NCBI GenBank assembly: GCA_946965045.2
Contig: OX337229.1
Location: 5,270,001 to 5,334,000, forward strand
Reading direction: 5' to 3'
DNA: 64,000 nucleotides
Source: Epithemia pelagica
Taxonomy: Eukaryota > Protista > Bacillariophyta
Program-made: the position numbers and the translations under genes
Part shown: piece after piece, positions 43,978-55,617 of the stretch
Position numbering within the stretch: the stretch's first letter is position 1
How the letters are laid out: each line of letters starts with the position of its first letter
The notes under the pieces: model-generated
What the model was told of the DNA's origin: nothing
Database searches by the model: none
What the model saw: the letters and a program-made list of their open reading frames with translations, nothing else

Positions 43978-46665
43978 ATGCGGCATTCACCATCACTACG
44001 GCTTCAATCTAAAAGCGTCATTCAACAAGGATTATGGAGATTTGGATCCAAAACAACCATTGTGATACTGCTCATGATGCTTGTTGTCATCAACATGCGC
44101 ATGAATTGGTCCTTCCATCAGAACTTCTACAGAAACGATTCTACGCATTTAGTGGGAAGCGATGCCTCAATGAGCACAAGACAAATTCAAAACAGGCCTC
44201 GCGACTGGCAATTGGAAATAAACCAGATCAGACATACAACACAGACTCAAGATACAGATGACTCTTCTTCGACTAGAGCCCAAAAGGCAGGCAAAAGTGC
44301 TTTACTCGAAAACATCAACCAGCCCCAGACAAACCATCACGACGAGCTTACTCAAGCTTCTTCTTCGACAAGCAAACGCAATGCCGAACAATCGATGATT
44401 TCGCAGTTCTTGTCTTTGTCCCATTTGATTCCCAGAACAACTAATGGGAACAAAGCGAATAGATCCAACGTGATGTTACCTCGCATAAATTTGCGACGTT
44501 CTCTCAAGGAACGACCTCGTGTGGGATCCTTCATACCCCCAGAACTCATTGCACAACTTCGGCATACGCATCACGAACAGAATCAATCGACTCCTCGTCG
44601 TGGTCCCAACAACGAGCCATTCTTTCTTCCGCCAGAGAAATTGATCTGGATCACAGAACCCACAACAGTCACCAACAATATGAATCAATCTTTGACATTT
44701 TTGAGCACACCCTTTCTCCCACTCTTGTTTCATCCGACACCTGAAAATAAAACCGTACATACAAAACGGCTCATTGACAAAATGAATAACAAAAGAGGGA
44801 CACAAACCACTAGCACAACAAAGCAGGTTCTTCCTCCTCCACCAGCGCTTCCCGGCCCGGGTGTCATGGCTGAGCAGAAAAGGATCGTTAAGGCTTTGCA
44901 ACAGGCCAATCGAACTCTCCTGGCAAAAATTTTTGAAAAATGTTTTGCCAATACTTTGGAAACAACCGTTTCTTTCATACCAAACCAACAACATTTATCT
45001 TCTCCAAACCATACCAATAATGATCAACATGATGACTTGGTTTTGCCCTACCGTGCATACGTGATTACCGGTGATATTAATTTGATGTGGCTTCGTGATT
45101 CCTCAGCTCAAGTGCATCCATACCTCTTGCTTCCTTCACTGCACAAGGATCCCACAATCCAAGCGGTGATTGAAGGTACGATAGCACAACAAGTATGGTT
45201 TATCCGTTACAGTCCATACGGTTCCAGTTTTAGACTCGATTACAGACCCAATCCGCCTAGTGACGATGGACCAACGAGTAAGCATTTGGTGAAAGCGCGC
45301 AACGTCTTCGTATCAATGCACAACTATGAATTGGATAGTTTATGTTATCCATTGTGGCTGTCGTACGAATGGTGGAACCGTACCGGACGGACACACCATA
45401 TTTTGACGCAAGAATGGGTTGATGCAGCTTGGTTGATCCTGGATGTCTTTCATCGCGAGCAAAGACACTTTTTATCAAGTGACCAATCGACTGACATTTC
45501 TGAGAAAACGATAGAAACAAATGCAACAACAGCAGAAGCAAATAGAACATCCCGTAAAGCAACGCAGATTGGCGGGGACTGTCGTGATTGGGATACGAGT
45601 TGCTATCGTTACCTGGAATTGGCAGGGGAGCAACACGAGGGACCACCGGTTGCATACACAGGAATGATCTGGAGTGCCTTTCGACCCAGTGATGATAAGC
45701 AAGAATACGGATATTTGGTTCCAGCCAATGGCATGTGTGTAGTAGTGTTGGAGTATTTGGCTGAGATGGCCGAACAAATCTTGTACTTGCCGGAAATGGT
45801 CAGTCAGGCTCGACAAATCCAAAGTGACATCCTGCAGGGCATGTCAAACCATGCGATATTTGAAACAGGATCATCGTCCATTTTGGCGTATGAAGTGGAT
45901 GGATTGGGAGCGGCCAACTTCATGGACGATGCGAATATTCCGTCATTACTGTCGTTGGAGTATTTCGGCTTTGCCGATATTGCTCACAAACGGTATCCAT
46001 TGAGTCGCCGTAAAGGTAGTGGTACAGAGGCGGCAACTTGGCATCACGTGGTACAGGGTACGCGGAACATGGTGTGGAGTTCATCCAATGAATATTTTTA
46101 CAAAGGTGGCTTTGCGCGCGGCATTGGTAGTCCTCATACTCCAAAAGGATGGATCTGGCACATGTCTATCGTCATGAGAGCCTTGACACTTTCCGAACAA
46201 GATGTGTTCCAAAATACGCATGACAATCTTGTCACAAATATCAGCGTGAATGCTACATCAGAAACTCATTTACGCGATGGATACGATGGGTCTCAAAGCA
46301 CACCGAGCAAATATGATACTGAATTGGAATCCTTGTTCGACATGTTGATCGATACCACTGCCGGCACCGGTTTTATGCACGAATCTTTTAACCCTTACAA
46401 CCCCAGACGCTATACTCGGTCTTGGTTCGCATGGAGCAATAGTTTGTTGGCCGAGTTGGTGCTAGAACGATTGCCGTGGCTGACGGAACATCCAGAACGA
46501 GTATTCAAGAAAGAGGCCAGAGGTCCACCGGACCCAGCCAAATCGTTTGTGGATAGACAAATGGTACGGCAGGAAACTGTAGAATCTCAAGGAGCACGCA
46601 ATTGCGCGAATGGGACACAAAACAGTCTTTGTAAACCTACCAAGGTTACTCTCAAAAAGCACTAA
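43978..46665 (+). CDS. Glycoside hydrolase family 125 (exo-alpha-1,6-mannosidase-like), membrane anchored
   Basis: NTLETT, ITGDINLMWLRDSSAQ, YELDSLC, FRPSDD, MDDANIPSLLSL, GIGSPHT, FMHESF, TRSWFAWSNSL; N-terminal TM (IVILLMMLVVI). Confidence 0.93.
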   Translation: MRHSPSLRLQSKSVIQQGLWRFGSKTTIVILLMMLVVINMRMNWSFHQNFYRNDSTHLVGSDASMSTRQIQNRPRDWQLEINQIRHTTQTQDTDDSSSTRAQKAGKSALLENINQPQTNHHDELTQASSSTSKRNAEQSMISQFLSLSHLIPRTTNGNKANRSNVMLPRINLRRSLKERPRVGSFIPPELIAQLRHTHHEQNQSTPRRGPNNEPFFLPPEKLIWITEPTTVTNNMNQSLTFLSTPFLPLLFHPTPENKTVHTKRLIDKMNNKRGTQTTSTTKQVLPPPPALPGPGVMAEQKRIVKALQQANRTLLAKIFEKCFANTLETTVSFIPNQQHLSSPNHTNNDQHDDLVLPYRAYVITGDINLMWLRDSSAQVHPYLLLPSLHKDPTIQAVIEGTIAQQVWFIRYSPYGSSFRLDYRPNPPSDDGPTSKHLVKARNVFVSMHNYELDSLCYPLWLSYEWWNRTGRTHHILTQEWVDAAWLILDVFHREQRHFLSSDQSTDISEKTIETNATTAEANRTSRKATQIGGDCRDWDTSCYRYLELAGEQHEGPPVAYTGMIWSAFRPSDDKQEYGYLVPANGMCVVVLEYLAEMAEQILYLPEMVSQARQIQSDILQGMSNHAIFETGSSSILAYEVDGLGAANFMDDANIPSLLSLEYFGFADIAHKRYPLSRRKGSGTEAATWHHVVQGTRNMVWSSSNEYFYKGGFARGIGSPHTPKGWIWHMSIVMRALTLSEQDVFQNTHDNLVTNISVNATSETHLRDGYDGSQSTPSKYDTELESLFDMLIDTTAGTGFMHESFNPYNPRRYTRSWFAWSNSLLAELVLERLPWLTEHPERVFKKEARGPPDPAKSFVDRQMVRQETVESQGARNCANGTQNSLCKPTKVTLKKH

Positions 46666-47054
46666 CTTTGCATGGATAATTAAAGCCGGTATGGTCATAA
46701 AGCCGGTTTGGTTAATTTTCTGACCTAGACGGTTGTTGTGTCGAAAAACTCCTGGGAAACCAGGTCGTACTGTGTCTTATGTCATGATTTCCCCCTAAGA
46801 CGATTTGACGTGACTTCTGACCGTCATTTGTGGTATTGGGAAGACTCCCATGGCCTATTGGACATCCTCAAAATGGACATGAAGCCTTCGAGAAAGGAAA
46901 CGATTCAAAACCATAGGTCGAGCAGCCCAAACCAGACTAATGTGGCGATGGAAACCAGCAGAATGACAAGTATTAACACTACTCTCTAGCTAGTTTCACA
47001 CGAGGGTTTAGATCATGAGTTGACGGCTTCTTCGGAAAATATGGTTGTTGCTCT

Positions 47055-47775
47055 TCAACCAAGCCATGTATTCTCCAGGACTTCTTGTTCGTTCAACAGC
47101 TCGTAGACGTGAACAAGTTTCTCTCTCAAGATGGAAGAAACATGTTGTTGTTGTTGGTTGTGAGGTTTACCATGAAACGATTCAGCTTCTTGTTGTTGCT
47201 GCTGCAGAGAGTATCGACAACATTCGTCATAGACACGAGCCAAAATACGTTTACACCAGCCGTGATGCGCAAAAACCTGACGTGCGTCCGGTGTCCGGTC
47301 CCAAGTTCTTGCGCATTTGTTGCAACTCGTTGTGAGAATACCACAAAGATGAGCTTCCTTCCAGTCGTTGTCCTTGCAGCTTAGGGGCTGATATCACATG
47401 GACCTGATTGGCTTGGAGATTGAAGCGAACCGACCGACATTGAGAGTGATGTTCTTGTTGCTCTTTCATATCTTTGTGGGTAACCATGTCCTCATTGGTT
47501 TGCGTTGATGACAACGAGGAGGAATCGTCACTGCTTGCAAGCGATGGCCATCGACCAAACTTTCTTCGCGAGGAAGGCACCCGACGGTCAATAGATGAAC
47601 GATTGAACTCGATACGCATGGTGGCAATGTTTCGTTTTAAGTCGCTCCCTTTTGGTTCTATGCGACAACACAATTGTTGTTTTATGAACACTGCGGTACC
47701 TGGTTTTTGCCAGTCGACCTCTTCACACGAAACAGAGCTTTCCCAGATGTTACAGCATTCACATTCACAATCCAC
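47055..47775 (-). pseudogene. Diatom-type hypothetical protein, apparently frameshifted near 47250-47310
   Basis: VRFNLQANQVHVI..LWYSHNELQQM in one frame and ..WCKRILARVYDECC.. in another; no obvious intron joins them. Confidence 0.35.
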
Positions 47776-48567
47776 ATCTCGTGTACATGGAGGTTATGCA
47801 AATGACAAACTATGCAAGTGTGTTTCAATGGTGCAAAAGAACCTTCTTTCTCAGCTCCAAACTCCCAATGCACTCCTGTCTCGCTCCTCCACCCACCCAT
47901 GTTGAACATTGGACACATCATAGACTATCCAGCGCTAAAATTCAATATTTTGTTAATACCAAACGAATGGTTCAAAGTCAAAACCGATAGAAAGTAGATG
48001 AAAATCAGTCACAAGTTATAATGACATGTTCCCGGATTTTGATTGAGACAACTCGATTACTTAAGGGCCATAATATAAAATTTCCTGGAACCGATTCGAA
48101 ATCTTGTTGGTGATCTTGCGTTTTGCCTCGAGAATCGCCCATCGTGGTTTCCCCCCAACCATTTTTACGTAACCCCCCCCCCGGAATGATATTGGGGTAC
48201 TAATAATAATACACCCATACTGTAGAGTACTCCTAGCTAGCTAGCTCGACTACGAGCTCGCATGTTCCTAGCTACCTAGTGCATTGTTGCCGCCATGGAA
48301 TTTTTACCATGAAGGAGAGTAGGAGTACGAGTAAGTCGCATTGACAATACAATTGACAAGAGCTCCTTTCGTGGGCTGTAATCATTCAATGATGGAACTT
48401 GGCGTGCTCCTATTACTCCTAGAGTACCTACGAGTACCCCTATTCGCAGCGCTGTGTGCCTTAGCTCACCTAGCCAGGCTTCCAAAGTTCGTCAAATCTT
48501 CGCTCTGTCATTCTAGTTTCCAGTGTGCATATATTGTTGTTTCGTGCATCGCGCACCATTGCTCCGT

Positions 48568-51297
48568 CTAGAACATGGGTCCGTTCGTCCGGCGGGCACT
48601 TCCACCACCGGTCCCAGAGTTGCTACCCGAACGTTTGCGGCTGCTCGTTCCACGGTTCCGACTTCGACTACTGCTACTGAAGCTTCGGTGTTGCTGTGAG
48701 GATGACGACTTTTTGGATTTCTTTTTCTTGCTCAACAAGGTGCTACCACCCCCACCACTACTGGTGCGATATCCATACGAGGGCAGTTTTGGTGTCGTCA
48801 AGTAATAATCTGATTTGCGGGAACTCAGTCCATCCAATGGCTCTCCATTTTGTACGGCCCGTTCAATGGCCATGGCCAAGACCTTGTCGCGTTTGGCCAC
48901 CAAAGCTGTGACGCGTCCTTCTCCCACCAATTTGCCCCTAGCTGTACGTCCACTGCGATGCAAGTAGTCCATGGCATTGAGAGGGAAATCAAACATGATG
49001 ACATGATCCACTTGGGGGACATCCAAGCCACGGGCGGCTAAATCGGTACACACCAAAACAGTAGGAAATCGTTTGCCATTACCATCGACCAACAAGTCAT
49101 CGCGGGTAAAAAAGCCAGAATCAAACATTTTGGCCCAATCGGTCGGGCCCGAGTCTTTTTCCTTCTTGACCCCATCTTCATATGAGGGCTCCGTATCTCG
49201 ATCAAACTTGTCTTCCTGAAAATTGTCATCTTTCTCGTCCGTGTCTTCCTCTTTTGTATCGATATTGTGCTGGTTCATGGTAGTGCTTGATTGGTCCGAC
49301 GAAGCTTTTGGTTTGGTGTTTTTGGCATAAAAGGAATTTTCCTTTCCTCCTGCCAGTCGGAAACGTCGCAGATTCTCACTGCGCATTAAGGAATTCAATT
49401 CTCCATGATAGGACATGGAATCAATACCGGATTCTGCCAAGCCATGTTGAACAGCCCGGCAAGACGAGGCCGTGTTGCAGAATATCATGGTCAAGGCTTG
49501 GTGATGACCTGGAACAGATGCGGCAAGAGAATCGGGTGTGGTATTAATGGCTTGTCCTTTGCCTGGTTGTCGGGAAGTACGGCGTCGTTGACTAATTACA
49601 TCGACCAAGAGGGACATTTTATCAGCATTGCCAACATCGACAAAAATTTGTTGCAGACGAGGAACAATCTTGTGGAGACCGGCCGTTTTGAGGACCTGAA
49701 TGTTATGCGGTAAGACCAAACCACGTGCTCCTGGTTTGGGAGGCGACGTATCCTTGCCATCCTTGCCCTTTTCTTGTTGCTGCTGCTCCAATAAGGCTTG
49801 TGGTTTGACGTAGAGTTTCTTGGCATTGATGGATTGCTGATGTTGTCGTTTGGTTTCCGTTCCCATCATACTCAAGACAGCTTGAGTCAGGGTGGCCGAA
49901 GTTAAAATTAAGGTAGGCGCAACACCCATCTTGTCTGGATTCGTTTGAGGATTGGATGCTCCTTGGTAGTCTTTCTCGACATTGATTTCTTGATTGTGCT
50001 CTTTATGGTACAACAGTGGATAGAGCAACTGTCGCAAGTCACGAGCAAAGCCTTGCTCCAGAAGCGTATCCATTTCATCCATAACAACATAGTCCAACAT
50101 TCGATTGCTCAAAATGACATTGCCGGCTTCGACATGCTTTAACAGTCGTCCCGGTGTGGCCACCAAGACGTCAATGGGTCGATGCAAAGCCGTAGTTTCC
50201 CGTTTCCACTCGCCGCCACCAATGATTAATTGGGAACTGAGTTTAAAGACGTAGCAACACGATTTGACCACGCCCGTAATTTGGGTGGCCAATTCTCGTG
50301 TCGGAGCCAAAATCAGGGCTCGAGGACGTTTGGGTTGTCGTTGAACGACAGTGGTGACATTGTGGGACAATTCGGTTTGCTTCAATTGCTGCAACAGGGG
50401 AAGTGTATAGGCCAAGGTTTTGCCCGATCCTGTAGCGGCCACAAATAAGGTACTAGGCATGGGTTCCTCCAAAAGTGCCGGAACAACTGTCTCTTGGACC
50501 ATGGTAGGCGATTCCAAATGGTGTTGGTCCATGAGCATCTTTGCCACCTCTGGCCACAACCCCAGAGCTGTCCAGGGATTGTGATCTTCAGGATTGCCAA
50601 TCTTGCTAGCAGTAGTATCACTGTCATCGTGACTATGGTGAGGCATGGAAAAGGGATGACTGGCAGCCCAGGCAGCCTTGCCTAACTCGTTGGTAATTTG
50701 TTTCTGTTTCTTTTTTTGGGTAGGTTCCGTGTCGTCCTCGTCCGTTGTGGAAGCCGAGGAAAACAAACGCCAACTGGAAGGTACGAGCGACCGTCTGGCT
50801 GACATCAAAGGATCACGACAACAAGCAGGTTGATGGATATTTCCCCACATGCAACCGATCCTTGTCGTCCGTTCTCCAACTCTAGACGTTTCGAATCGTC
50901 CTGGAGGTTGGGTTGTGAAGGAACGCCGACCAGAATAATGATTGGCAATCCACGCCGTTTTATGGGTAGGACTCGGACAGGACTTGAGTGGTGCCAGTGC
51001 TGTGGTCCGTTTCGAAATGGTGGATCGAACCATGGTGGCCGCATGTGCTTGACCGCTGCTGCTGCTCATTCGGAGCAACAAGAACGAAGATGACATGACT
51101 GTAGCGACTGTACCGAAACCACAACTAGGAGAAACACTGAGAGCCACAATCCAAAGTAAAGGATGAACGAGTCCGACCCAACCGACAGTGCCGTGTCGTC
51201 GTCGTGGTCGGTTCGTCGTCGTGGTGGCCAAAGGTTTGCGGGTGGTGGTGGTGGTGGTTGCTGTGGAGTTTGCTGTCCACCACTGCCTTGCGCCCAT
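48568..51297 (-). CDS. DEAD-box RNA helicase (RH39/DDX28-like), probably plastid targeted
   Basis: AATGSGKT, PTRELA, TPGRL, DEMD, SAT, YHG, TDLAARGLD, HRSGRTAR. Hydrophobic segment ending SCG-F resembles a bipartite presequence. Confidence 0.9.
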   Translation of the reverse strand: MGARQWWTANSTATTTTTTRKPLATTTTNRPRRRHGTVGWVGLVHPLLWIVALSVSPSCGFGTVATVMSSSFLLLRMSSSSGQAHAATMVRSTISKRTTALAPLKSCPSPTHKTAWIANHYSGRRSFTTQPPGRFETSRVGERTTRIGCMWGNIHQPACCRDPLMSARRSLVPSSWRLFSSASTTDEDDTEPTQKKKQKQITNELGKAAWAASHPFSMPHHSHDDSDTTASKIGNPEDHNPWTALGLWPEVAKMLMDQHHLESPTMVQETVVPALLEEPMPSTLFVAATGSGKTLAYTLPLLQQLKQTELSHNVTTVVQRQPKRPRALILAPTRELATQITGVVKSCCYVFKLSSQLIIGGGEWKRETTALHRPIDVLVATPGRLLKHVEAGNVILSNRMLDYVVMDEMDTLLEQGFARDLRQLLYPLLYHKEHNQEINVEKDYQGASNPQTNPDKMGVAPTLILTSATLTQAVLSMMGTETKRQHQQSINAKKLYVKPQALLEQQQQEKGKDGKDTSPPKPGARGLVLPHNIQVLKTAGLHKIVPRLQQIFVDVGNADKMSLLVDVISQRRRTSRQPGKGQAINTTPDSLAASVPGHHQALTMIFCNTASSCRAVQHGLAESGIDSMSYHGELNSLMRSENLRRFRLAGGKENSFYAKNTKPKASSDQSSTTMNQHNIDTKEEDTDEKDDNFQEDKFDRDTEPSYEDGVKKEKDSGPTDWAKMFDSGFFTRDDLLVDGNGKRFPTVLVCTDLAARGLDVPQVDHVIMFDFPLNAMDYLHRSGRTARGKLVGEGRVTALVAKRDKVLAMAIERAVQNGEPLDGLSSRKSDYYLTTPKLPSYGYRTSSGGGGSTLLSKKKKSKKSSSSQQHRSFSSSSRSRNRGTSSRKRSGSNSGTGGGSARRTNGPMF

Positions 51298-51574
51298 GGA
51301 CGGACTACACGTAACGAGAACCAGCAACACTGTCACGCAGAACGATACTCCTTATGTTTGGTAGACCGTCTTGTTTTCACAATAGAACCACAGCACTTTG
51401 TCGCTTCTTTGGATTCTCTGGATGCCAAAGATACCTCCCGAACAGGTCATGAGTTGAGTTTGGTCCTTAGCACGGAGCTTTGGTGGGGTCGCGGTCTGCG
51501 AGGAGAATTAGAAATTTGTACTTGGGTCGCGGATCACTTTCATGCATTGGAGGAAAACGGTTTGACCTAAAATC

Positions 51575-53059
51575 CTACACTCCTTCCCCCCTCAAATAGG
51601 ATTTTAGGACAAACCGTGTTGACCCCCATTTTAACCTAAACTTATTCGTAGTCTGACCTTCGTAGGAGCTAGCACCTCTATGTAGGTTCCGAATGAAGTC
51701 AAGATTCCCACGAGAATTTGTCAATGCGATCACATTTTTCCCGAACAATGCCAACGGAAGATCAAACCAAGTGAAGAAGATCAAGGATATGATCGCGGCA
51801 CAGGAATTGTCCACTGCGGTTGTATTGTAGTCCCAGCTGCAGAGACTTCCAGTGCTGCAATGCAGTGCATTGAAACAATGGGAGACAAGCTTGATGTCGT
51901 TCTCCAAGCCATCCAGTTCTATAGAAAACATGCTAGAGTAGAACTAATGAAGATTCGGTCTGTTGCTAGTCATGTACTTCTTCCTTATCATCATTTTCCT
52001 ATACTTCTTGTTCTTCATCAAATTGTTCATCATCAGAGCAGCTTGTTGCATTAGGTTTTCGCTCGACATGTCAGCTGAGCTACACCGCCAACCAAGCCGC
52101 AGTAGACCACGGATCCAAAACTTGTCGTCAACCCTGACATCACAAGGGCATTTACACTTGTTGCTGTAGTGGCAGTGGCAGAAGAATTTGTTGTAGGAGA
52201 TGAGAGCACAGAGGGATAATAGGGTGGCCGTAGCAAAGTATTATTGCTGTGTCGTTGTGTGGCGGAATTTGTGCTATTGGAAGTGATCTGGGTCTGTAGC
52301 CAGGCACGGTTGCCATTGAGATGGCTGTTGCAGAGCCCAGTGTAAGACACCACCACTGGTCTCGTGATAGTCTCTGTTGCCCACTTGCCTCCCACAAGAG
52401 CAGCCAGAAAGCATAGCCACGAGCATACGGATGAATTTGTCATGGCGATAGTTTGCCAAGGCACCCAAGAAACAAGACCATGGTTTGGACCACGAGGATC
52501 GCCGACAAAACTCGAACAAAAGAAGCTCGGCGCAAGGATTGACTGAGCCATGTTGGCAAAGCTTGAAAGTACGCCGTAACCGCATTGTGGAAGTCTGTGA
52601 CACCACCGGCAGTCGACAGTGACGGCGCACTGAGCTTCATGGGTAGTCAAACGGAAGGTTGGCTTGGTTGGTTGTTGGTTCGAAGGATGCTCTCCCTCTA
52701 TGGTTGTTGTTGTTCCGACGAAAATTCAGTCCTTTGCGCAGCCAAGGCGACATCAGTATGGAATAAACCAAACCAGTGCCACCAGTCCTGGAGAACGAAA
52801 TTTCGTTTGTTCGGATCAATGAACTTTTCTTCTGTTAAAGTGGCAAGGATTCTGTGAACAACAAGCGAAACCAAGATGGATTGGGTGAGTTTTGACGCGA
52901 CAAGCAGAGAATCACAATCCACAAATGAACTGATTCACTTCCCAAAACATGCACTGCATGAATCACACCGACAACAGCAGCAACTGTAGAACCCGAAAGT
53001 GCTAAGCTGTCATATTGATGGATGACAGCGTGGCAAGAGGAAGATTCGGAAGTCGACAT
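51575..53059 (-). pseudogene. Possible degenerate gene (multiple stops and frameshifts)
   Basis: ORFs 53059..52835, 52819..52637 and 52630..52274 are one frame broken by stops; further protein-like fragments continue to 51575. Confidence 0.3.
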
Positions 53060-53430
53060 GGCGAAATTTGTGGGCCGTTGGATGGAGATTTTGGTTTAGG
53101 ATTCGTTTAGGTCTTTCGACTGCTTCCAGAAGATGACCGATCGAAACTCCTAAACAAGAGGCCTTTCACGCCTAAACTGGAGGCCAAATGCGTCTGAACG
53201 TCGTACGATTTGGAGCGATCTGATTGGCTAAGAATAGGATTTTTAGGATTTTAGGTCAGAAACCGTTTTCCTCCATTGAGAAGATCCGCGAATCTTGAAA
53301 CATGATTGCCACGTACGCGGAACAACACGGCCAAAGATCCGCGAATAGAAGCGATTTCATGTTTCAACCAGAAGGCGACTTGATAGTTGATAGAGTTGTC
53401 TGTTGTACCAAACTACTTGATAGAACGACA

Positions 53431-55617
53431 ATGGCCGATGCACCCAAGAAAGATTCCCTGCCACCGGTAGAAGAACGATTGCAACGATTGTCCGCCAAGG
53501 CCAAGGAGTGGTATGAGTTGGCCTTGACGGAAAAGCTAAAGTATTTGGAACTCGCCAAAGACGCCATCAAAAGTCCAGAAGGGCTGGCATTGATGGAGGA
53601 ATCGTCAGTTGCCTCTGCTCAAGGACTGCGCAAGGCGGAAGGAGAGGAACGTGATTTTTATTGCGCCTGGGACAATCTCACGTCGCTGATCCCTTCACTA
53701 GGTGAGTGAGAACGAATATGACGTGATTTATTTGGCATTTTTGTTTTGGAAAAGACTCAAGACGAGAATATGTTGTAGGCATTATTGATGCCTATATCGA
53801 GGCATTGCGAGTGCAACTTGGCACCAGCGAATGTGCCAGCGATTTGACAAATTTGGAAACCCGAGTCGTGGGTTCGGATGGCACGGAATCCAAAGGAACG
53901 GAGGATGGAGTTGTGGTGGCCAAAGTGTTTCCCTTGCTACCACAGGAGCGCAATGGTCCCAACAAGACGGCGGTTGCCGAAGTCTACCTCAATCCCAACC
54001 ACGTTTCCTCAGCGCAAGAGGTCAAACCGTGGAATTTCAAAGCTCTCCAATGTGACAAACCGGGTGTTTGTGTGGTGCTGGGAGCAGGCAACTACGTCAA
54101 TTTGACCGTGACGGATGTCTTGCATCAACTGTATCATCAAAACCAAGTGGTCTTTGTCAAACATCATCCCATTCGTGGTGCCCTTGACCCTTGGCTTCGA
54201 TTCATTTTTCAATCCCTGTTCGACCATGGATATTTGGATTCCGAACTGGATGTGGACACAGCCCGGTCTCAGAGCATTGTGTACAGTCCCTTGGTTCAAG
54301 GTGTGCACATGACGGGTGGGAAGCTGACGCACGATCGCTTGGTCTGGGGAACCACCTTGGCGGAACAAGCCAAGCGCCGCAAGGAACAAACACCGAAACT
54401 CACGGCTCACATGACCTCGGAATTGGGTGCCGTCACTCCGCACATTGTCACACCCGTCCACTATACGGACAAGGAATTAGACTTTCAAGCTCAAGTGTTG
54501 GTGTCGGCGAAATGGATTAATGGGGGTGCCAGTTGTAACTCTCCTCAAGTAGTTGTGTTCAGTGACGAGTGGCCGCAGCAACGCCAGTTTCTCGACCGCG
54601 TCGAGCATCATTGGAAAAAATTGGAATGCCCAATTGCGTACTATCCCGGTACCACGGATCGTGTGCAGGCGTTTGAGAACCATTATGGAACCAATGACGC
54701 AACCCAACAATCCTCATCATCTACGGCCTCTGTCACTACGGCACGCTGGATGGGGAAATTGCCACCCAACAGCCACGACATGCACATGCCATTGTACACG
54801 ATTCACATGTCCAACGTAGATGTATCCACTCCCGATGCATTGGAAGCGGCCAAGAAGGAGTATGCCTTTGCGAACGAAGCCTTTGGTCCGGTTCTAGTGT
54901 TTGCGACACTCAAGACGACATCCACGTCCAAGGGCAACCACGATACTGCAACCGACGAGTCGGTCCATGTCGATCGTTTCATGGACCAAGCCGTCGACTT
55001 TTGCAACAAGGCCTTGTTTGGGACATTGTCGTGCTCCGTGGTCGTGCCGGATTGGGCACAACAAAAACCCTATTTGGAGCGGACTCTGGCCAAGCTGCAA
55101 TACGGTGGGGTTGCATTGAATGCTTGGGGGGCCGTATGCTATGGCCCCAAATTTGGAACATGGGGTGGTTACATGCCGGCCGAAGAACTGGAGAATGTGC
55201 AAAGTGGAATTGGCCATGTGCACAATGTGCTCTTTCTACCTCATGTGGACAAAACAGTCATGAGATATCGCAGTAAGTCGTTCGTGGGTGGATTTGTCGG
55301 TTGTGTGAGACGTTCGTTGAACTCGTATGCAAATCCTCATTCGTTCGCCTTGTTTTCGTGGATCTATTCTTGTGTCTTTATAATTTGGTGGCGAATATTC
55401 AGTTGTCGATGAAACTGCCAATTTCACTCTGACGAAACCACGTGCCACAATGACGCGCTTGTTCAATGCAACTCCCAAGTTCATTTTGGATCCGAGTCTC
55501 AAGAATTTCTTGGGTATCCTGGCGGCTTTGTTGGGACCCGTGGTTACCTTTTGGATCCCCACTGCCGTGGCCGCCTTGGCGGCGGCGTGGGTTGGCTACA
55601 TGCAAATCAAAAAGTAA
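53431..55617 (+). CDS. Aldehyde dehydrogenase family protein with C-terminal TM (introns 53702-53778 and 55273-55402)
   Basis: VLGAGN, HMTGG, TSELGAVTP (catalytic Glu), NGGASCNSPQ (catalytic Cys), EAFGP, LQYGGVALN. Spliced C-terminus ...ILAALLGPVVTFWIPTAVAALAAAWVGYMQIKK*. Confidence 0.88.

Noticed and set aside
41276-51297. Mucorales-style sex locus (HMG gene next to an RNA helicase)
   Set aside because: The genes are separated by GH125 and another ORF, the helicase looks organelle-targeted, and the lineages are unrelated. Probably coincidence.
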